A stretch of DNA of 64,000 nucleotides from Burkholderiales bacterium. Lineage in GTDB: Bacteria > Pseudomonadota > Gammaproteobacteria > Burkholderiales > Usitatibacteraceae. Where the stretch lies: contig JBBQFL010000016.1 in assembly GCA_038321965.1 (NCBI GenBank), forward strand, positions 12,832 to 76,831, written 5' to 3'. Below are positions 57,999 through 64,000 of the stretch, piece by piece. The position numbers and the translations under genes were made by a program. Within the stretch, counting starts at the first letter, position 1. Every line of letters begins with the position of its first letter. Below the pieces are notes generated by a model. The model was given only the letters and a program-made list of their open reading frames with translations, was not told where the DNA came from and ran no database searches.

Positions 57999-58556
57999 TT
58001 TCAAATCTGCAGGTACGTCGATGTCCGCAAATATCCCTTCGTCATCGACACTGATTTCGTCAACCAAAGACGCTCCAGCAATGTAGATTTCCCGTGCACC
58101 CTTATCACCCGTCAGCGCTTGAAGTTGCTCGCGGTAAAAGGCTGAAAAACCCACCGGGTGCCCGCGTTTGCCACGAATCACAGGCACAACAATATTTGAG
58201 TCGTTGTCGAGCGCTGCGGCCACTGCAGCGATGGTTTCAACGCGAATTGACGGCATATCACCGAGCGCAATCAGCCAGCCGCTCGCAGCGGACGAGGCAG
58301 CCACACCGGCAGCGATGCTGGTCCCCATGCCCTCATCGGCGCGATCATTGATCACCACCTGACAGCCGCACGATTCCAACACACGAATCAATTCAGGATC
58401 GTTGCGCGTCACGGCGAAGACATTTTTCGCGCCCGCTTGAAAAAGATTCGCTGCGGACGCTTCAACCACTCGGCGTCCATCGGGAAGTCGAGCGAGCAGT
58501 TTTTGCGAACCGAAACGCGATGCCGATCCCGCGGCGAGGAGAAGACAGGCGATCAA
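57993..58556 (-). CDS. MobA/MocA-like molybdenum cofactor nucleotidyltransferase
   Basis: MIACLLLAAGSASRFGSQKLLA (NTP_transf_3) and adjacency to xdhC. Confidence 0.6.
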   Translation of the reverse strand: MIACLLLAAGSASRFGSQKLLARLPDGRRVVEASAANLFQAGAKNVFAVTRNDPELIRVLESCGCQVVINDRADEGMGTSIAAGVAASSAASGWLIALGDMPSIRVETIAAVAAALDNDSNIVVPVIRGKRGHPVGFSAFYREQLQALTGDKGAREIYIAGASLVDEISVDDEGIFADIDVPADLKR

Positions 58557-58557
58557 A

Positions 58558-59544
58558 CTATGCGGCAGACGACAGCATCGAGTGTTCGACCACGCGCGAG
58601 GCCGTCAAAACCAATCCATTTCGTGCGGCAACCAGCTCGGCAAGAATGGCGATGGCAATTTCAGGCGGCGTGCGACTGCCGATAGAGAGGCCGACCGGGC
58701 CGTGAAGTTTCGCCACTTGCGCGGGGCTAACGTCAAACTCGAGCAGGCGTTTACGGCGCTCTTCCGAAGTCTTGCTGGAGCCGACGGCACCAACATAAAA
58801 TGCCCCAGTTTTTAGCGCTTCCATCAGCGCCATATCGTCCAGCTTGGGATCGTGCGAGACCGCGACCACAACCGTGCGCCCGTCAGGTTTGAACGCCAAC
58901 ACGGCATCGTCGGGCATACATTCCATAAACGTTGTTCCCGGCACACGCCAGACGTTGCGGTACTCTTCACGCGGATCGCAGACCGACACCTGAAAATCCA
59001 GCGTGGCAGCGACTTCGGCGAGGTAGCGAGCAATTTCAGACGCACCGATAATCAACAAACGCCAGCGCGGGCCATGTACGCAAGCAAATTCTCGTGCCGT
59101 GCGCCCGGTGGTATCGCTCTGGATCGCGGCGCGAAATTGCCACTGGCCGGTTTCCAGATCCAGATTGCGCACGAATACCTCACCTGCAGCGATTTTTGCC
59201 GAGAGCTCGCTCAGTCTCGACGCTTCCACTGAGGGCTCGATCACCACTTCAAGTTCGCCGCCGCAGGGCAAACCGAACCGGCGCGCGTCTTCGGACGTGA
59301 TGCCGTAGCGCTCGAGAAGCGGTTTTGACCCGCGAAATTGATCACGCCGTGCGACCAGATCATCTTCAATGCAGCCACCTGAAACCGAGCCGATGACAAC
59401 GCCATCGTCGCGCATCGCCATCAACGATCCAGGTGGTCGCGGGCTCGCGCCAAACGTCTGGGTAACCGTCACCAGCCAAACGTCGCGACCGGCACTCATC
59501 CATTGGCGGGCATGTTCAAGCACTTCGAGATCAAGCGACTGCAT
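58558..59544 (-). CDS. xdhC: XdhC/CoxI family molybdoenzyme maturation factor
   Basis: XdhC N-terminal domain (...VTQTFGASPRPPGSLMA...) and a Rossmann-like C-terminal domain. Confidence 0.7.
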   Translation of the reverse strand: MQSLDLEVLEHARQWMSAGRDVWLVTVTQTFGASPRPPGSLMAMRDDGVVIGSVSGGCIEDDLVARRDQFRGSKPLLERYGITSEDARRFGLPCGGELEVVIEPSVEASRLSELSAKIAAGEVFVRNLDLETGQWQFRAAIQSDTTGRTAREFACVHGPRWRLLIIGASEIARYLAEVAATLDFQVSVCDPREEYRNVWRVPGTTFMECMPDDAVLAFKPDGRTVVVAVSHDPKLDDMALMEALKTGAFYVGAVGSSKTSEERRKRLLEFDVSPAQVAKLHGPVGLSIGSRTPPEIAIAILAELVAARNGLVLTASRVVEHSMLSSAA

Positions 59545-59562
59545 TGGGTGGGCCCGCGGACG

Positions 59563-60480
59563 CTATTGCAGGGCCGAAACCGCTTTGGCCACCGCCGCCT
59601 CAGCGGAATTGGTCGGCCCAGCTTGCGCCTGCGTTTTGAGATTGAGCCCGAAATGCTCAGACACGGCACGCTGATAATCATCAAAATACGCCGAAGCAAG
59701 ATTGTGATGAGACCCGCCTTCGGCACGCAGTAACCGCTTGGGCGCCTTGGCAGCCGCATAGAGCTTTTCAGCCATGTTAAATGGCACGATATTGTCTGCT
59801 GACCCATGGACGAAAAGGATCGGAATCTTTACGCCATCGATGCGGCCAATCGTGTCGAAGCGCTGTGTCACCAGAAAGCTAACAGGCAGAAAACCCCATT
59901 TAGTTTCGCTGATCATGTCCGGGATGGACGTAAAAGCACCTTCGAGAATGACGCCATTAGCGTTCATCTCCTTGAGGGCGAGATGCGTCGCCATCGACGT
60001 GCCCAGCGAATGGCCAAAGATGAATTTCTTGGCGCTCGGGCTGCGCTGGGCGAGGTAGTCCCAGGCGGCCTCAGAATCTTCGTTGGCTGATTGCTCGGTC
60101 GGTGTGCCGCCGTCTGCAAACATACTCTTGCCAAATCCCCGGTAATCGATGGCGAGCACCGAAAACCCCATGGCGTTCCAACGCGGAACACGTGTAACGC
60201 TGCCAGAAAGATTCCAGCGTGCGCCGTGCAGATATAGCAACAGTGGTGCATCCGGATTTGCGTTAGGCGACCACCAGGCGTGTACCTTCTCGCCTTTGCT
60301 GCCAACCGGAATCCAGACTTCCTCAATGCCGATAGGTGGCCCCCGATACCCGCGCCATTCCCCCTGCGTGGGATTGAATATCCAGTCGCCCTGCTTGGTC
60401 TCGAGGTACGCGCAGCCACCCGTCAGACACACGGCAATGCAGACGGCCAACCAGCCCCTTCGTGCTTGCAAAAGTGTCAT
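59563..60480 (-). CDS. Alpha/beta hydrolase, probable lipoprotein
   Basis: Lipobox-like LTGGC, GHSLGTSMA nucleophile elbow, and Asp/His downstream. Confidence 0.6.
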   Translation of the reverse strand: MTLLQARRGWLAVCIAVCLTGGCAYLETKQGDWIFNPTQGEWRGYRGPPIGIEEVWIPVGSKGEKVHAWWSPNANPDAPLLLYLHGARWNLSGSVTRVPRWNAMGFSVLAIDYRGFGKSMFADGGTPTEQSANEDSEAAWDYLAQRSPSAKKFIFGHSLGTSMATHLALKEMNANGVILEGAFTSIPDMISETKWGFLPVSFLVTQRFDTIGRIDGVKIPILFVHGSADNIVPFNMAEKLYAAAKAPKRLLRAEGGSHHNLASAYFDDYQRAVSEHFGLNLKTQAQAGPTNSAEAAVAKAVSALQ

Positions 60481-60517
60481 GGTTCTCGGTGTCAGAAACT
60501 CGGAATCCACGTCACCC

Positions 60518-62647
60518 CTAAACCTTGAACGGCAGCTCACGCAAACGCTTACCGGTTAGCGCAAACAGTGCATTCGAAATGGCAGGCGCAATTGGCGGGG
60601 TGCCCGGCTCGCCGACGCCGCTCGGTGCCGCCGTACTGGACATGACATGGACTTCAACTTTCGGCATGTCGGCAATACGCAACACCTGATAGTCGTGAAA
60701 ATTGCTTTGCTCAACCACGCCATCCTTGAGCGTGACCTGGCCATAAAGGGCAGCGGACATACCGAAAGCAATAGCGCTTTCGACCTGGGCTGAAATCGTC
60801 AACGGATTCACGGCGACACCGCAATCGATTGCGGCGACAACCCGTTCAACCTTGATTTTTCCCTTGTCCAGAGAAACCTCGACGACCTGCGCGCAAACCG
60901 TGCCGTAACTCTCATGCACGGCAACGCCCCGTGCAACGCCCTTCGGTAGAGTCGTTCCCCAACCGGCTTTGTCTGCGGCCAGCGCCAACACATTGGCCAC
61001 CCGGGGATGCTTGCCCAGATGTTCGCGACGAAATGCGACGGGATCCTTGCCAGCTTCTTTCGCCAGATCATCCATCATCGTTTCCATCACAAACGCCGTA
61101 TGGGTATGACCGACCGAACGCCACCACAGTACGGGTACACCGGTTTTCGTCGTGTGCAAACTGGCCTGCAGGTTCGGGATGTCATAAGGCGTATCGGCAA
61201 CCCCTTCCACGCTGGTCGCATCGATGCCATCCTTCACCATCATGGGCTCGAACGCCGTGCCCGCGATGATCGACTGGCCGACGACGGTGTGGTCCCACGC
61301 AACAATTTTTCCTGCTGCATCCAGACCTGCGTTCACGCGATGCACATACATGGGCCGGTAGTAGCCGCCTTTAATGTCGTCTTCGCGTGTCCAGACGGTC
61401 TTCACGGGAACCTTGGCTTCGCGAGCAATTTCAACCGCCTCGATCACGTAATCTGACGTCGGATTGGCACGGCGACCAAATCCGCCACCGGCAATCATCG
61501 TATTCAGCTTGACCTGTTCAGGTTTTAATCCAGCGACCTTGGCAGCCGCGCCCTGATCGACGGTCTGGAATTGCGAGCCCACCCAAATTTCACAGCTATC
61601 CGCTTTTACACTGACGGTGCAATTCAATGGCTCCATCGGCGCATGGGCGAGAAACGGCACTTCATATTCGGCGGTAACAGTCTTTGCGGCAGTTTTCAGC
61701 GACTCAACACTGCCGGCCTTGGCAATCACACCAGTTTTCTGCGCAAGCTCGTGGTACGACTTCCTGAGGTCTACTGTGTTTGCCTTCGAGCCGGGCCCCA
61801 AGTCCCAATCCACGACCAGTAAATCTCGCCCTTTCTTGGCCGCCCAGAAATTCTTTGCCACGACCGCTACACCATTGGCCGTCTGGATGACGTGGGTCAC
61901 GCCTGGCACACCGTTTACCTTGCTGGCCTCCAGGCTCTTTACTTTCGCGCCAAAGATTGGTGGGTGCAGCACGACGGCCGTGTGCAGATTGGGCACCTGT
62001 TTGGCGGTGACGTCGAGACCAAATATTGCGCTGCCGTTGACTTTTGCCGGCGCATCTATCCGTCGCGTCGGCTTGCCAATGACCTTGAAATCCTTGGCCT
62101 CCTTTAGCTTCACGTTCGTCGGCACGGTGAGCGCGTTGGCGGCATCGGCCAGCGTTCCAAAACTCTCTTTCTGGCCGGCCGGACCAATCACAAACCCGCT
62201 ATTGGTACGGCATTTGGCGACATCGACTTTCCATTTGGCGGCACCTGCGGAGATGAGCATCATGCGCGCAGCTGCGCCAACGGTACGCATCTGGGTCCAG
62301 GAATTTGCGACTGATGATGAGCCGCCAGTTATCTGCATGCCAAACATCGTGTGCGCAAATTGCGGGGCCGCAGGAGCCAGTTCCGAGCGAACCTTTGACC
62401 AGTCGCAATCGAGCTCTTCGGCCACCAGCATCGGCAGCGAAGTCATGACGCCCTGCCCGAATTCGAGATGTTTCACCAGCACGGTTACCGATCCGTCGCG
62501 GGCAATGCGTAGAAACGCATTTGGCGTCATGTTAGGTGCAGGCGCGGCTTGGGCCTGCGCCATTTTGTTGCCTCCGGGTAGCTGGAAGCCGATGACCAAG
62601 CCGCCAGTCGCTGCCGCAGACGCCTTCAGAAACTGCCGACGCTTCAT
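60518..62647 (-). CDS. Molybdopterin-dependent oxidoreductase large subunit (xanthine dehydrogenase family, IorB/aldehyde oxidoreductase-like), Tat-exported
   Basis: Tat signal MKRRQFLKASAAATGGLVIGF and large molybdopterin-binding domains. Confidence 0.8.
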   Translation of the reverse strand: MKRRQFLKASAAATGGLVIGFQLPGGNKMAQAQAAPAPNMTPNAFLRIARDGSVTVLVKHLEFGQGVMTSLPMLVAEELDCDWSKVRSELAPAAPQFAHTMFGMQITGGSSSVANSWTQMRTVGAAARMMLISAGAAKWKVDVAKCRTNSGFVIGPAGQKESFGTLADAANALTVPTNVKLKEAKDFKVIGKPTRRIDAPAKVNGSAIFGLDVTAKQVPNLHTAVVLHPPIFGAKVKSLEASKVNGVPGVTHVIQTANGVAVVAKNFWAAKKGRDLLVVDWDLGPGSKANTVDLRKSYHELAQKTGVIAKAGSVESLKTAAKTVTAEYEVPFLAHAPMEPLNCTVSVKADSCEIWVGSQFQTVDQGAAAKVAGLKPEQVKLNTMIAGGGFGRRANPTSDYVIEAVEIAREAKVPVKTVWTREDDIKGGYYRPMYVHRVNAGLDAAGKIVAWDHTVVGQSIIAGTAFEPMMVKDGIDATSVEGVADTPYDIPNLQASLHTTKTGVPVLWWRSVGHTHTAFVMETMMDDLAKEAGKDPVAFRREHLGKHPRVANVLALAADKAGWGTTLPKGVARGVAVHESYGTVCAQVVEVSLDKGKIKVERVVAAIDCGVAVNPLTISAQVESAIAFGMSAALYGQVTLKDGVVEQSNFHDYQVLRIADMPKVEVHVMSSTAAPSGVGEPGTPPIAPAISNALFALTGKRLRELPFKV

Positions 62648-62689
62648 CGGGATTGCTGCGTTCTCAAAAAGTTGTTTCATGACGTCCCC

Positions 62690-63196
62690 TTATGCTTTCG
62701 CTTTGGCAGTTGGCGTTTTGGCAGGTGCCATTGGCTTCGCGTCGACGCCGGAAGCCGCAACTTTGATTGCAGCACGGACGCGGTTATAGGTGCCGCATCG
62801 GCAAATATTGCCCGCCATGGCGTCGTCGATTTGCACATCTGAGGGACTTTTTACTTTGGTGAGCAACGCGATCGCCGACATAATCTGGCCCGACTGGCAG
62901 TAACCGCATTGCACGACATCCTCGGAAAGCCAGGCGGCCTGCACTTTCTTGCCGATTGGCGTGGTGGAGATATCTTCAATCGTCGTGACCCGCTTGCCGG
63001 AAACTGCAGATAACGGCGTCGAACAAGACCGCGATGGTTCGCCATTGATGTGCACGGTACAAGCGCCACAGAGCGCCATGCCACAGCCGTATTTGGTACC
63101 GGTCATCTGCAGATTGTCGCGCAGGAACCACAGCAAAGGAGTGTCGGCGGCGACGTCTGTTTCAATGCGTTCGCCATTAACTGAAAAGCGGATCAT
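62690..63196 (-). CDS. (2Fe-2S)-binding small subunit of the molybdopterin oxidoreductase
   Basis: MIRFSVNGE...GCGMALCGACTV... carries two [2Fe-2S] cluster motifs. Start is taken at the internal Met; the long upstream extension is unlikely to be translated. Confidence 0.8.
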   Translation of the reverse strand: MIRFSVNGERIETDVAADTPLLWFLRDNLQMTGTKYGCGMALCGACTVHINGEPSRSCSTPLSAVSGKRVTTIEDISTTPIGKKVQAAWLSEDVVQCGYCQSGQIMSAIALLTKVKSPSDVQIDDAMAGNICRCGTYNRVRAAIKVAASGVDAKPMAPAKTPTAKAKA

Positions 63197-63655
63197 GTTT
63201 TTTCCTGATGGAGTGTAAGACGGATTTTTCGCGGCAACCTCTAGAACGTCGCGAGGATTGTTGCGCTTGTCTGTAAATACGACCGGGCAATTCAGCCGCT
63301 TTACAGACAAACGCTTAGCCAGTGGGAAAATTTTACGCTGAAAATGTTCAATTTCTGCAGCGTATGTAACGCTTCGGCTGCCAGCATGGATTGCCCGAGC
63401 GAAAACACTGGCAAAATACCGCAAGAGAAAGGTTTTGAGAAGACCGCCGACGCTTGTACGCAGAACCAACATCGGCGCGCCTTTCGGGGCACAAAGGCTT
63501 GCAAAGTGGCGCAGATAGGCGACTTTGCGGTTGCGTGCAAAGCGATTTGCTGCTCGTGTGCGCCAGCGCACCGACGCAGGATCGCGTGTCAGGTGGAATC
63601 AGTGCTGCCCATGTTCAAGCCTTTGACCGTGTCACCTATCAGCGAGCAGTGCCGC

Positions 63656-64000
63656 ATGACTTCGTCACCGAAAATTTTACGCGTTTTGATGCTGGCCGCA
63701 GCCGGGGTAACCGTTGTGCTGTTGGTTGCTGCGCTGTGCATCCTCGCATTCGTCGATATCAGTGATTGCAAGCCTAGAGTGGAGGCGTCGCTTTCTCAAG
63801 CGTCGGGAATGAGTGTCACCATTGAAGGCCCAATGAGCGTCGCTTTCACCCCAACACTGGGCGTTTCGCTAACAAACGTGCGTGTCGTCAATCAAGGGGT
63901 CGAACTTGCCTTCGTCAAGAAGGCGGATGTCGGGTTAGAGCTGCTGCCGCTTTTCCGCGGCGAGATTCGCTACGGCACTATTTCCACAATTGGCACCCGC
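63656..64000 (+). CDS. AsmA-family protein, N-terminal part (3'-truncated by the window end)
   Basis: MTSSPKILRVLMLAAAGVTVVLLVAALCILAF... is an N-terminal TM anchor typical of AsmA-like proteins. The frame stays open to position 64000. Confidence 0.45.
   Translation, partial: MTSSPKILRVLMLAAAGVTVVLLVAALCILAFVDISDCKPRVEASLSQASGMSVTIEGPMSVAFTPTLGVSLTNVRVVNQGVELAFVKKADVGLELLPLFRGEIRYGTISTIGTR

Overview
This 64-kb window looks like betaproteobacterial (Burkholderiales-like) chromosome. Ordinary housekeeping genes flank a block of about 13 kb (roughly 10.5–23.8 kb) with lower GC content that consists almost entirely of defence and toxin-antitoxin genes.

Housekeeping genes, left to right: an S9 peptidase, a GST, an S1/P1 nuclease, a PspC/SHOCT protein, PH-domain and DUF488 proteins, the branched-chain keto-acid dehydrogenase E1alpha-E1beta-E2 operon, TRAP dctQM, DUF1345, a flotillin-like SPFH protein, a stand-alone response regulator, a cphB-cphA-cphA' cyanophycin operon, two tandem class-III cyclase/TPR signalling proteins, a TRAP DctP, pmbA/yjgA(darP), mogA, an esterase, a hot-dog thioesterase, a patatin, a third membrane cyclase, ilvE-zinc-ribbon-waaF, DUF1684, mocA/xdhC and an Iор-like molybdopterin oxidoreductase pair.

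The low-GC block carries, in order: hipBA; a higA with a truncated higB remnant; a complete type I restriction-modification operon (hsdR-hsdM-hsdS) with a SIR2-like gene translationally coupled to hsdS; a three-gene higB / HTH-ImmA-metallopeptidase fusion / beta-family-like cassette; and a 279-aa orphan. No integrase or transposase was found in it.

The candidate I rate highest for novelty is at the left end (1–2660). A membrane protein whose C-terminus is a Cys/Gly/Ser-rich low-complexity tail is translationally coupled to a DUF692 (MbnB/TglH-family) oxidase and then to an 83-aa Nif11-like small protein. No DUF2063 partner is present. The arrangement suggests a membrane-tethered substrate for a RiPP-type cysteine-modifying enzyme.

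I also found a roughly 65-bp REP/MITE-like palindromic repeat in three intergenic copies, and two palindromic operator candidates upstream of the TA modules.
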